A DNA stretch of 51,479 nt from an uncultured virus (IMG/VR IMGVR_UViG_2061766007_004248) (IMGVR_UViG_2061766007_004248), one strand, 5' to 3'; counted from the first letter of the stretch, positions 32,863 to 42,873 are shown. The notes: generated by a model not told the origin, from the letters alone. Numbers and translations: made by a program.

Positions 32863-33762
32863 ATGAAAGAGCTTAAACAGGCTAAGAGCTATGAGGAACA
32901 GGTAAAGCATCTGGTGGATCATCATGGAATGGTTATAGACGATCCAGACGCTGCGATTAAAATCCTCTCAAGCGTGAACTACTACCGCTTGAGCGCATAC
33001 GGAATTGGTCTATATCGTCCCGATGATAAAGAAAGATTCGTAGATGGTATTACACTTAACCACGTGTTTAGGCTTTATCAGTTTGATAGTGCTCTAAGAA
33101 ATCTGCTTATCCCTGTCATTGAATGGATTGAGATAGAATTTCGGACGAGGATTTCCTACTGCCTTGCGATGAACTATGGCTCTGAGGGATATCGTGATCC
33201 GAGTAATTTTACGCGGAAAAGAACAGGCAGCGGCGAGGGGATTCATTCAAAAACGATGAATAACCTTGATGAAGAAATTAGGCGTCAGAGCAACCTTCCT
33301 TGTGTTAAACATCACAATGAAGTATATGGCGGTCATTTTCCGATATGGGCCGCTATGGAACTATTCACCTTTGGCATGGCTTGTTCTTTGTTTAGTGTAT
33401 GCCTTGAAACAGATCAAAAGCAAATAGCAAGAGAATACGATACGATCCCAAAGTACCTAAACAGCTGGATGCAGGCTATACTTGAACTGCGCAATCGATG
33501 TGCGCATTATAACCGGATTTATAATATGTTTTTCAAGCAGACGCCTCACCTGTACAAAGAGTATCAACCCTTCCGAAACAACAAGCTGTTTCCGCATCTT
33601 TTAGCCATGAAGAGACTGGCAGAAAAAACGACAGTTTGGAGCACATTCACAAAATCATTGGTCAAATTAATGAAGGAATACCCAGAAGCGCAACCTGCAT
33701 TTATGGGTTTCCCGGAGAATTGGGAAGAGATTTTGCTCAGTAGCGAGGAAACAAAGCAATGA
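32863..33762 (+). CDS. AbiD/AbiF (Abi_2) family HEPN protein
   Basis: NYYRLSAY, LYQFDS.LR, EIEFRT, PIWA..E.FTFG, HEPN motif RNRCAH. Confidence 0.9.
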   Translation: MKELKQAKSYEEQVKHLVDHHGMVIDDPDAAIKILSSVNYYRLSAYGIGLYRPDDKERFVDGITLNHVFRLYQFDSALRNLLIPVIEWIEIEFRTRISYCLAMNYGSEGYRDPSNFTRKRTGSGEGIHSKTMNNLDEEIRRQSNLPCVKHHNEVYGGHFPIWAAMELFTFGMACSLFSVCLETDQKQIAREYDTIPKYLNSWMQAILELRNRCAHYNRIYNMFFKQTPHLYKEYQPFRNNKLFPHLLAMKRLAEKTTVWSTFTKSLVKLMKEYPEAQPAFMGFPENWEEILLSSEETKQ

Positions 33763-36700
33763 AGTTCCGCTTCAAGATACAGCAATTCCAGACTGACGCG
33801 GTTGACAGCGTTGTGCGGGTTTTTCAAGGGCAGCCGAAGGTGGAAGGGCTTACGTATCGCCGGGATATAGGCGAAACAAAGCCTATTGTGCCGCCAGCCA
33901 ATGAGCAGATTTCCCTTTTCCAGAATGAGCAGACGAGCATGTCTGATATTCCGGACGATACGGGATTTCTGAATGAAACGCTGCGCCTGACGGATGATGA
34001 GCTGCTAAACAACATACGCCAGATACAGACAGAGAATAATATCCGCCTGTCTGACGCGCTTGTGAAAACGCATGGGCGGTGCAGTCTGGACGTAGAGATG
34101 GAGACGGGCACAGGCAAGACGTACGTCTACATCAAAACCATGTTTGAGTTGAATAAGCGGTATGGCTGGAGCAAGTTTATTATCGTCGTGCCATCCATAG
34201 CGATACGCGAAGGCGTACAAAAGTCTTTTGAATACACCGAAGATCACTTCATGGAGCTGTACGGCAAAAAAGCCCGCCACTTTATCTATTCCAGTTCAAA
34301 CCTGACACAGTTGGATAGCTTTTCTTCCGACAGCGGCATAAACGTGATGATCATCAATACACAGGCGTTTGCCGCGTCCATGAACGAAGATAAAAACGTG
34401 GAAGGACGCAAAGGCGACGCGGCTGCGCGTATCATTTTCACCAAGCGAGACGAATTCCAAAGCCGTCGACCCATAGATGTCATAGCAGCAAACAGGCCGA
34501 TCATCATCATGGATGAGCCGCAAAAAATGGGCGGTGAAGTGACACAGAAAACACTGTCAAAATTCAATCCCCTGTTTGTGCTCAACTATTCTGCCACACA
34601 TACCAAACAGCATAACCTTGTGTATGTGTTGGACGCGCTGGATGCGTACAACAAGCGGCTGGTAAAACGGATTGAAGTAAAGGGCTTTGAAGTAAAGAAT
34701 CTTCAGGGCACACACGGCTATCTGTATCTGGAATCCTTTATCCTTTCCCCAAAAGACCCGCCGATGGTGCGACTTGAGCTGGAAGTGCGCATGGCGAGCG
34801 GAAGCATAAAGCGCAAGCTGTTCAAGCTGGGCGTGGGCGATGATCTATTCCGGACTTCAAATGAATTAGAGCAATACAGGCATGGTTATTCCATCACCGA
34901 GATCAATCCAGTTACGGCAACCGTCACCTTTACGAATGGAAACATGATACATAAGGGGGACGTTGTGGGAGACGTATCTGAAGCGGATATGCGCCGCGTG
35001 CAGATACGAGAAACCATAATTTCACATTTGCAGAAAGAGACCACGCTGTTCAATCAGGGAATCAAAACACTGTCGCTGTTCTTTATCGATGAAGTGGCAA
35101 AATACCGTCAGTACGATGAAGACGGGCAGGAAATGCTGGGTGAATACGGGAAGGTGTTTGAGGAAGAGTATATCTCTGTTCTGAATGAATACCGGACGCT
35201 GCTTGATCCGGAATATATGGCCTATTTGGATAGTATCAGCGCCCACGACACCCACAGGGGTTATTTCAGTATTGACAAAAAGACCGGACGCGCCGTGGAT
35301 TCCACAACGAAGCGCGGCAGCGAATTCAGCGATGACATATCTGCGTATGATTTGATACTTAAAAACAAAGAGCGTCTACTTAGTTTTGAGGAGCCGACAC
35401 GGTTTATATTCTCACACTCCGCGTTACGCGAAGGTTGGGATAATCCGAATGTGTTCCAGATTTGTACGCTGAAGCACGGCGGCGACAGCACGACGCAAAA
35501 GCGGCAGGAAGTAGGCCGCGGCTTGCGCCTGTGCGTCAATCAAGCTGGTGACCGCATGGACGAAGAAACTATCGGCGACAGGGTACAAATACTGAATACA
35601 CTGACTGTCATAGCGAGTGAAGGTTATGCGTCGTTTGTGGCTGATCTACAAGAACAGACCCGCGCTGTACTGTATGAACGCCCGCGTAAGGCGACTGTGG
35701 AGTACTTTGAAGGCAAGAACATATTCCAAGCAGACGGCAGCGTAACGAAAGTCACTGCGCAACAGGCGCGGTATATCCATAACTATCTACTTAGAAACGA
35801 TTACATAGATGACGATGATAATGTGACTCAAGAATTCCGCGATGCTGTATCAAGCGGCAGTCTTATGCCATTGCCCGCCAATCTTCAGCAGATATCACCG
35901 GAAAGCGTGCAACAACTGGTGCAGGCGATCTACGATGACAAGATACTGGCCAAGATGTTTGAGAACGGCAATAAGAAAATCCCTGCGCCGGATAACCCAC
36001 TGAACGACAAGTTCTACAAGGCTGAATTTCAAGCGCTGTGGAATGCCATCAACCATAAATATGCCTATACCGTGGACTTTGATTCCGGCGAGCTGATTGA
36101 AAAAGCCATCCAGTCAATCAATGAAAACTTGAATGTAAGCAAGTTGCAATACACTGTAACGACAGGCAGCCAGCGAGAGTATATCAGTGATGAGCAGATG
36201 CGAGAGAGTAATGCCTTTGGAGGTTTAAACACAAAAACGAGAACTCTAAATCGAAGTGCTGGAAGCTCTATAACCTATGACCTGATTGGTAAAGTGGCTG
36301 AAGGCACGAAGCTTACGCGTAGAACAATTGCAGCGATACTGAAAGGCATATCACCAGAAAAGTTTGCCATGTTTAAGGCAAACCCGGAAGAGTTTATCGG
36401 TAATACGATCCATTTGATCAATGAGCAGAAGGCCACGATGATCGTTGACCATATCACCTACAATTTGATTGAAGGCGAATATGACAGCAGCATCTTCACG
36501 GCTGAAAAGAACGGACGCACTGTTGATCAAGCTTATAAGGCAAACAAGGCTATACAGGATTACATTTACCCGGACAGCGAAGTTGAACACAAATTTGCTA
36601 AAGAAGCCGACGCTGCTGACGAAGTTAGAGTATATGCCAAACTCCCAAGAGGGTTCTCTATACCAACACCGGTAGGAAATTATGCACCGGATTGGGCAAT

Positions 36701-36902
36701 CGTATTCTATGAGAACGAGACGATCAAGCATATCTATTTTGTTGCGGAAACAAAAGGCACATTAGACAGTATGAACATTAAACCAATAGAAAGAGCAAAA
36801 ATCAACTGCGCCAAGAAACTGTTCTTCAAACTCACGAACGGTACAGTTACATACGAGGATGCAAATGATTATCAGAGCTTGTTGCGTAAGGTTATGCAGT
36901 AA
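33759..36902 (+). CDS. res: Type III R-M restriction subunit (Res)
   Basis: METGTGKT, DEPQ, YSAT, LREGWDNPNVFQIC, QEVGRGLR, PDWA...AETKG. Confidence 0.95.
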   Translation: MKFRFKIQQFQTDAVDSVVRVFQGQPKVEGLTYRRDIGETKPIVPPANEQISLFQNEQTSMSDIPDDTGFLNETLRLTDDELLNNIRQIQTENNIRLSDALVKTHGRCSLDVEMETGTGKTYVYIKTMFELNKRYGWSKFIIVVPSIAIREGVQKSFEYTEDHFMELYGKKARHFIYSSSNLTQLDSFSSDSGINVMIINTQAFAASMNEDKNVEGRKGDAAARIIFTKRDEFQSRRPIDVIAANRPIIIMDEPQKMGGEVTQKTLSKFNPLFVLNYSATHTKQHNLVYVLDALDAYNKRLVKRIEVKGFEVKNLQGTHGYLYLESFILSPKDPPMVRLELEVRMASGSIKRKLFKLGVGDDLFRTSNELEQYRHGYSITEINPVTATVTFTNGNMIHKGDVVGDVSEADMRRVQIRETIISHLQKETTLFNQGIKTLSLFFIDEVAKYRQYDEDGQEMLGEYGKVFEEEYISVLNEYRTLLDPEYMAYLDSISAHDTHRGYFSIDKKTGRAVDSTTKRGSEFSDDISAYDLILKNKERLLSFEEPTRFIFSHSALREGWDNPNVFQICTLKHGGDSTTQKRQEVGRGLRLCVNQAGDRMDEETIGDRVQILNTLTVIASEGYASFVADLQEQTRAVLYERPRKATVEYFEGKNIFQADGSVTKVTAQQARYIHNYLLRNDYIDDDDNVTQEFRDAVSSGSLMPLPANLQQISPESVQQLVQAIYDDKILAKMFENGNKKIPAPDNPLNDKFYKAEFQALWNAINHKYAYTVDFDSGELIEKAIQSINENLNVSKLQYTVTTGSQREYISDEQMRESNAFGGLNTKTRTLNRSAGSSITYDLIGKVAEGTKLTRRTIAAILKGISPEKFAMFKANPEEFIGNTIHLINEQKATMIVDHITYNLIEGEYDSSIFTAEKNGRTVDQAYKANKAIQDYIYPDSEVEHKFAKEADAADEVRVYAKLPRGFSIPTPVGNYAPDWAIVFYENETIKHIYFVAETKGTLDSMNIKPIERAKINCAKKLFFKLTNGTVTYEDANDYQSLLRKVMQ

Positions 36903-37043
36903 TGTGTTGAGTAAGAAAAACCTTGATTGATGAGACTTATTTACTGTATAAGTGAGAAGTATTCAATGATTATTCTATGAAACAATGCTTCTTTGCTATA
37001 GAGCAACCATTTTGTATAGTCAAGAATACGAGGAGCAAATGAA

Positions 37044-37835
37044 ATGAGTAAGTGTAATGAAAATACTGTAGGGTATATTTACATTCTGACAAATCCCAGT
37101 TTTCCACAGTATGTCAAAATTGGCTATGCTGATGATTATAAAAAACGTCTTAAAGACTTAAATCGCAGTGAGTGCATTCCTTATGCCTTCAGGGTGTATG
37201 CAGTTTATAAGGTGTGTGAAAGGCTCCAAGACACTGCAATTCATAATATGATTGATAGAATCAACCCTAGTCTTCGGACAATTGAGACTTTTGATGGAAA
37301 ACAGAGAAAAAAGGAGTTCTATGAAATGCATGCAGATGATGCTTATGCTGTATTTCAAACCATTGCTGCTTTGAGCGGAACATCGGAAAGATTGCAATTA
37401 ATCACGCCTGAAGGTCATGAACTAGTTGACGAAAAACATGCCAAGGAGGTAGAAAACAAGGCGGTATATACTGAAGAACAGTCATTGAGCTCGGCCGACG
37501 AAGGTGTTAGAATATTATTTCAAAAGCTGAAAGATGCACTGATGTTGTTACCGAATGTAAAGGTAGAACCTAAGAAACTATACATAGCATTTAAAGCCCA
37601 TAAGAATTTTATTGATGTTGAAGTCCAAAGACACGTCTTAAAGATATTCATCAATCTGAAAAAAGGAGAGCTTGATGACCCAGATGGCCTTTGTGACGAC
37701 GTTTCAAATATTGGGCATTGGGGTAATGGGGATTATAGAGTTTACCTAAAGGATGAATCTGATTTGCAACTTGTATTGCCACTTATTCAGCAATCATATA
37801 AAAAGAATAGCGGGAAACATAAACCTCGAATATGA
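37044..37835 (+). CDS. GIY-YIG (T5orf172-like) nuclease fused to DUF5655-like domain
   Basis: GYIYILTNP...VKIGY...RL..LN; C-terminal PKKLYIAFK...DVSNIGHWGNGD. Confidence 0.8.
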   Translation: MSKCNENTVGYIYILTNPSFPQYVKIGYADDYKKRLKDLNRSECIPYAFRVYAVYKVCERLQDTAIHNMIDRINPSLRTIETFDGKQRKKEFYEMHADDAYAVFQTIAALSGTSERLQLITPEGHELVDEKHAKEVENKAVYTEEQSLSSADEGVRILFQKLKDALMLLPNVKVEPKKLYIAFKAHKNFIDVEVQRHVLKIFINLKKGELDDPDGLCDDVSNIGHWGNGDYRVYLKDESDLQLVLPLIQQSYKKNSGKHKPRI

Positions 37836-37963
37836 TTAGAAGTACAACTTGTTGCTTGAAAACTCATATGCAAAATCAAGCTCCACTTGCTTTACAGTAC
37901 CAATAAAATAGTAGGTGAGAAAGAAAACGCTAAAAGAATTGAAGAAAGGTAAGAAAAATCACG

Positions 37964-38746
37964 ATGGATAATATTAGCTCAGCAATTGATAAGATCCTTC
38001 AGAAATACGACGAGTACACAGACGCTGTTATCGGTCTGTCGTTCGCACGCGAACCGTTCATGGAAGATTTCAGGAAATTCACAGGGCTACGAGATGATGC
38101 TGCTTTCGTAAAAGCGTTTGAGGCATTTATGACCATCGCCCATGAAACTTTCCGGTGGAACGACTATCTGGAAGCACGGATGACTGCCGAAAAAAGCTTC
38201 CGCCTGTTCTATGAGCAACAGCAGTATCCGAAAGATAAACTGGACGCGGTTTTGAGCGAATTCATCGTTAGTTTCTTTAACCAGAACATCGATGAGCGCC
38301 AGTTCGAGTGGGAAGACGCGCACCCAGGCGAAGAAATACCGGACGCTCCGGAAGACGACATAAACAACCTGTTCCTGTCCAGAGTGTTTTCCGTGATTCC
38401 CTGTAAAGCAGAAGATGAAGCGTTTTGTGAAAGCATAGGCGTCAGGTACCACTATGAGCAGCTGCACATGTGTATTTGGTTTGCCGGGCAGATAACTAAC
38501 GGTGCGGGCGAGTATTCACGGGATGAGATCAACTATTCTGCCCGGACTACCTACAATCGGCTACTCAATCCATATTCACTGCTGTGGATCGGCGCAGCGC
38601 TAGGAGCCGATAAAGCGGAACTTAAAGCCGCCGCTGAAGAAATGGAGGACAAGAAGACCAATGCTGCAAAGTGCGGAGTAGTGCGAAAGCATGTGCCGTT
38701 TGATACGATACTTGAGCTATATAAGAATATGATGGCCGCAGCATAG
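37964..38746 (+). CDS. Hypothetical protein
   Basis: 260-aa ORF, co-oriented with neighbours; no family recognised. Confidence 0.75.
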   Translation: MDNISSAIDKILQKYDEYTDAVIGLSFAREPFMEDFRKFTGLRDDAAFVKAFEAFMTIAHETFRWNDYLEARMTAEKSFRLFYEQQQYPKDKLDAVLSEFIVSFFNQNIDERQFEWEDAHPGEEIPDAPEDDINNLFLSRVFSVIPCKAEDEAFCESIGVRYHYEQLHMCIWFAGQITNGAGEYSRDEINYSARTTYNRLLNPYSLLWIGAALGADKAELKAAAEEMEDKKTNAAKCGVVRKHVPFDTILELYKNMMAAA

Positions 38747-38798
38747 ATAGGAAATGTACTTATCATGATCTCATGCAATATTGAGGGAATTAATCAAA

Positions 38799-39056
38799 AT
38801 GGCTAAGTGGAAAGTAGTATTTGAGACTGATGGGGCCCAGGATATATACGAAGTAGTTTCGGGAAAGACAAAAGAAGAAGCAGTCAAGAAGGTCATTGAC
38901 CGTGAAAGAGCTACTGAGTATGACGGCTGGGCGATGCAGATGGAGCCGGAAGAAGAGTTTAAACCGCAGCCGGAGTCATATTGGGCTGAGCGGTATGAGA
39001 GACTGCTCGATTCGACAGTTGAGTTTGTCCATGAAAAACGGCCGGCTAAGAATTGA
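38799..39056 (+). CDS. Small acidic hypothetical protein
   Basis: MAKWKVVFETDG...; GAGGGA RBS upstream. Confidence 0.6.
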   Translation: MAKWKVVFETDGAQDIYEVVSGKTKEEAVKKVIDRERATEYDGWAMQMEPEEEFKPQPESYWAERYERLLDSTVEFVHEKRPAKN

Positions 39057-39081
39057 CTTTCCCCGCCCCGACCGTTATAAT
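39053..39081 (+). promoter_or_regulatory. Near-consensus sigma-A promoter
   Basis: TTGACT-N17-TATAAT. Confidence 0.75.
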
Positions 39082-39087
39082 GTATCT

Positions 39088-39167
39088 CAAGAGGCTGGTT
39101 TTTCTCTCTTCTACAGTCCTCTTGTAAAGGCGTTACCGATTTCAGGGTTGTCGGCAGCGCCTTTTTT
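39088..39167 (+). ncRNA. Candidate ~80-nt sRNA (hairpin with CU-rich loop + intrinsic terminator)
   Basis: CAAGAGGCTG/CAGTCCTCTTG stem, loop TTTTTCTCTCTTCTA; terminator AAAGGCGTTACCGA/TCGGCAGCGCCTTTTTT. Confidence 0.6.
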
Positions 39168-39273
39168 CAATCTTATACCACCCGTCAGCCCTGAGCACGG
39201 AGGTACACGGCTGCAACCACTCGCAGACGGCGTCAGGCGTGCAGCTGGCCTTTTCAGTCCGTGATATGTGCCG

Positions 39274-40170
39274 TCACCAATCCCGGATTCCGTGCTCCTC
39301 GTTGAACTCGCGGATTTCATCTGCAAACAATTCTTCCAGAGAGATCTTATCATCCCGGCTTGGCTTATCGGAAGAGGAGACAACGCCAAGAACAATGCCG
39401 CGAATCACCAGTGTGTTCTGCTCGTTTTTCTTCGGATAGGGGACAGCAGGATTAACAGAGTACAGAGTGTGGTCATCATCGACACGCTTAATAACAGCGC
39501 CGTCATCAGTATCGACGATGACATCCTCGCCAGGATCGGCGGCAGAAGCCTCCATGTAATAGACGTAGTCCCCGCTGTGATAGACCGGCTCCATGCTGTT
39601 GCCATCGACAAGGGCAATGCCGTCTGCCCTCGCATTGATGTGGTTCTTCCGGAGAAACACATATTCAGGGGGCTCCTCGGGCACATAATTGCCGACCCCG
39701 GCTGCAAGGGACCCGGGACGCTTAAGAAAGATGCTGAAGGATTCCTTGAGTGCCTGTTCTTTCGCGAGCAACTCTTCATCTGCCATCGTGCTGATCATCT
39801 TGTCCACAACCTTGCGGCTGGTCGGATTCAGTTTCCGGACATTGTCAATGACACGGTTTTCAAGATTGGACAGCCCGTTTTCGGCAGGCATCCGGAAGAG
39901 TTCGTGAAGCTTGATGTTAAGCAAAGTACACACGATCGGGATCAGACTGTAGTCGGGTTTGCTTTTGTCTGCTTCCCAGTTGATGACCGTATTCCTTGTA
40001 ACGCTCATCATGTCGGCAAATTCCTTCTGGGAAAGCTGTGCTTGCTTTCTCCGCTTTTTCAGCAAAGAGCCGAACATAATTGGTTCAGGCGATGTTGTCC
40101 GACCTGCTTTTGGAGAAAAACTGATTACATTCGGAGCAGCGGTTCCGGCTTTTTCCTTTTTCGTCGCCAT
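39274..40170 (-). CDS. XRE HTH + S24 peptidase (CI/LexA-like) repressor
   Basis: LSQKEFA...VTRNTVINWE; AAG cleavage site; VDGNSMEP; VIKR; GGAGG RBS before MATKK. Confidence 0.9.
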   Translation of the reverse strand: MATKKEKAGTAAPNVISFSPKAGRTTSPEPIMFGSLLKKRRKQAQLSQKEFADMMSVTRNTVINWEADKSKPDYSLIPIVCTLLNIKLHELFRMPAENGLSNLENRVIDNVRKLNPTSRKVVDKMISTMADEELLAKEQALKESFSIFLKRPGSLAAGVGNYVPEEPPEYVFLRKNHINARADGIALVDGNSMEPVYHSGDYVYYMEASAADPGEDVIVDTDDGAVIKRVDDDHTLYSVNPAVPYPKKNEQNTLVIRGIVLGVVSSSDKPSRDDKISLEELFADEIREFNEEHGIRDW

Positions 40171-40322
40171 AGCATGCCTCCATGGTGGGATTTGGGGCGT
40201 GGACTGCGCCGCCACGGATATACAGCGAAGCAGTCGCGATTTTTTTGTATCAGGAGTGGGACGCGGCGCTGGAGACAGAAGTGGGTCTTCTTCCAGTGAA
40301 CGCACTGATACAACCTGATGAC

Positions 40323-40413
40323 ATTATAGCACAAATATCTTTAACCATGCAATAGGTAAATGCAAAAATTTTTACAAATTTATCTTGATTTTTGAGCCGA
40401 CATCCCTTATAAT
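40323..40413. promoter_or_regulatory. Divergent promoters for the repressor and the ImmA-HTH gene
   Basis: Minus strand: TTGCAT-N18-TATAAT (40352-40323); plus strand: TTGATT-N17-TATAAT (40385-40413). Confidence 0.6.
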
Positions 40414-40548
40414 GTGAACTGCGTTGCACTGCGTCGTTCCGATGGAGTTCAAATGCCTACGAAGAAGTGCGGGAATAGTGGGACTCTCGGACAGATGCCA
40501 GGAATCGAATCATATTCAACCAGTGATAACTGAAAGGGGGGATGTTCA

Positions 40549-42552
40549 ATGCGGACTTATGGAGTATCGTTTATCCGGACTGAAAACAAGTTCGTGCCAG
40601 TTATTTTGCCGTTCAATGCAGCAGAAGCACAGAACACCCTTGAGTGTGGTTCCCGTCCATATAGTGTCGTAGAGATCCTGAGAGAGGTATTCAAAGAGGA
40701 TTTTTTCAAAGCGATCCAGTACTATATGGAACAGTGCCCGGAGGGGGCTGCGAAAGCGATCGGAGTTCCCGAAGCAAGGGACTTCCACCTTAAATGGCTC
40801 TCTGAACCAAAGGTTGAGAGCTCCCTACATCAGCCCGCATGCGGTACAGCCGTGGATCTAATCTTTCGGGCGACCGTGGAAGCGACGGTTGCTGCCGATG
40901 AAAATGCGGATGAAGACTCGGTTGCCGTGATGGAAAAGCGGCGCTTTAAAGCGGACTACAGGATGCGTTACATCATTGGCTTGTGGGATAAGCAGTGCAG
41001 TGCCCCGATGATCGCCCCGGCAGACTGCTTCCCGCAGGATGTAATTACGGAGCAGAAGACAGCGATCACAAACCAGTATCTTCTCCCCATCATGTACGCG
41101 GCGGATTACGGGAAAGCCGGTCGGCGAATGCTTGAGCTGTATTATCCGGAGGCGCTGAAAACGCCGACAGCTGTGGACGGCTGGGAGCTGGCAAAGCGGA
41201 TGAAGCTGCAACCCAGACGGGTCCGTTTTGAGAAGGGCAGCGATATACAGGGGCGGATCTATTTTGACTGGACGGAAGTAACATTAAGGAATGAAAATGG
41301 CGCGATCGTAAAAGAGAAGATCCCGCCGATGACCATCCTCATCAACATGGATCTCTGCCCGACGGCGGAAATCGAGAACAGTACCCTGATACACGAATGC
41401 TGTCATGTATTTCTTGATCTGCCGTTTTTCAAGCTCCAAATGCTCAGCGGGGAACCGTTCACATCCTACACAAGCAGGGAGAAGGTCAGGGGGAGATATA
41501 AAAAGGACAACGGCCCCATTGATTGGATGGAGCTGCAGGCGGAGAAGCTCCCTGCCTATATCCTGATGGAAGAGAACAACACGCGAGGTGAGATCGAGCG
41601 CCTTCTGAAGTTGCGGGATGGCGTCCGCTCACCGGAGAATATCTTCTGGGTCGTCTGTCAGCTGGCTTCCATCTTCAAGGTATCCCGCGCCCTGGCCAAG
41701 TATCGGATGATCGAGCTGGGATACCCGGAAGCTGAAGGCGTGTACGCCTTCATCGGTAACACGCGGATTCCGGACTACGGCTGTTCGGGTACGTGGGAAC
41801 GCGGTATCACCTACGCCATCGCGCTGTCAGATGTTGGGGCTTTAGTACGGGAATCCAGAGACTTTGCAGATGCGCTGCAGAGCGGCCGATACGCCTATGT
41901 GGAAGGGCACTTCTGCCTGGATGTTGAGCCGTATATTGAAAAGACATACTGGCAGGGCAAGCGTCTGAGCGCCTACGCAAGGCATCATATCGAAGAGTGC
42001 TGTATCTCGTTTACCGTTCAGGGGCGTTACGCCAATGCGGCTTACGAGGACGCCCAGGCAGCGCGGAAGAAGGAAGTAAAAGATAAGTACCAGAGCAGAC
42101 ATGGTTTCGGCGCGGAGCCGGAGACGAAGGCCAGGGTCAGGGAAAATTCCCTTTTTGCTCAAGACTCACGGGTTTGGATGAGACTGAAGATCGCCATGCC
42201 CGACAGTCTTGGAAAAGCAGTACAGCTGATTCTGGATGAGAAAGGCATCTCCCAGATGGAGCTGGCCATGCGGCTTGGAGTTAGCCGGGCCGCCTGGAGA
42301 AAATGGTGTGCAGAAAGAATGTCGCTAAAGCATATAGTAGCGATCTGCATTGCCCTGGATGTCCGGGCAGATATCGGGATGGAGATGGTCCGGCTGGCGG
42401 GGCACACCTTCCAGAACAACAAGGAACACAACCTACTTCTGGCGATGATGTATGAGACAAAGGACCTCACGATTGCCAGGGTAAATGAAATCATGCGGCA
42501 GGAAAAACTGCCGCCCCTGACGGAAGGCAAGGACGAGGAAATCGCCTGCTGA
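40549..42552 (+). CDS. ImmA/IrrE-like metallopeptidase with C-terminal XRE HTH
   Basis: TLIHECCH, WMELQA, FKVSR.LAKYRM.ELG; GISQMELAMRLGVSR HTH. Confidence 0.85.
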   Translation: MRTYGVSFIRTENKFVPVILPFNAAEAQNTLECGSRPYSVVEILREVFKEDFFKAIQYYMEQCPEGAAKAIGVPEARDFHLKWLSEPKVESSLHQPACGTAVDLIFRATVEATVAADENADEDSVAVMEKRRFKADYRMRYIIGLWDKQCSAPMIAPADCFPQDVITEQKTAITNQYLLPIMYAADYGKAGRRMLELYYPEALKTPTAVDGWELAKRMKLQPRRVRFEKGSDIQGRIYFDWTEVTLRNENGAIVKEKIPPMTILINMDLCPTAEIENSTLIHECCHVFLDLPFFKLQMLSGEPFTSYTSREKVRGRYKKDNGPIDWMELQAEKLPAYILMEENNTRGEIERLLKLRDGVRSPENIFWVVCQLASIFKVSRALAKYRMIELGYPEAEGVYAFIGNTRIPDYGCSGTWERGITYAIALSDVGALVRESRDFADALQSGRYAYVEGHFCLDVEPYIEKTYWQGKRLSAYARHHIEECCISFTVQGRYANAAYEDAQAARKKEVKDKYQSRHGFGAEPETKARVRENSLFAQDSRVWMRLKIAMPDSLGKAVQLILDEKGISQMELAMRLGVSRAAWRKWCAERMSLKHIVAICIALDVRADIGMEMVRLAGHTFQNNKEHNLLLAMMYETKDLTIARVNEIMRQEKLPPLTEGKDEEIAC

Positions 42553-42598
42553 GAAGGCGGATTTCAAAAATAAAAACTGAATAAGCGTAAAGCTACCT

Positions 42599-42639
42599 GG
42601 CCGGATACTCGTGGAAACGGGTGTCCGGTCTTTTTTTTT
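42599..42639 (+). terminator. Intrinsic terminator
   Basis: GGCCGGATACTCGT-GGAA-ACGGGTGTCCGGTC followed by T9. Confidence 0.8.
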
Positions 42640-42700
42640 GCCTTTCGCGCCGGATCGCCGGGCATAGCCGGAGTGCCCACACAAAATATTTTTTCGATCT

Positions 42701-42840
42701 TGGCACCCACGGGGGTGCCAGCTTTTTTGGCGGAAAATGTCAATATTTAGTGATTATCTACGACAAGAACACAATATATAGCAAGATCGGGAGAAAAATG
42801 GGCGAAAATCAGCTGTAAAACTGGCACCCCCGTGGGTTGC
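42701..42840. repeat. Pair of inverted quasi-palindromic GC-rich boxes
   Basis: TGGCACCCACGGGGGTGCCA (42701-42720) and its reverse-complement-like copy TGGCACCCCCGTGGGTTGC (42822-42840). Confidence 0.7.
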
Positions 42841-42873
42841 TGAAACGGCACTCGGAAACCTGTAAGATACGCA

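Noticed and set aside
39268..40299. 343-aa plus-strand ORF
   Set aside because: Antisense shadow of the XRE-S24 repressor
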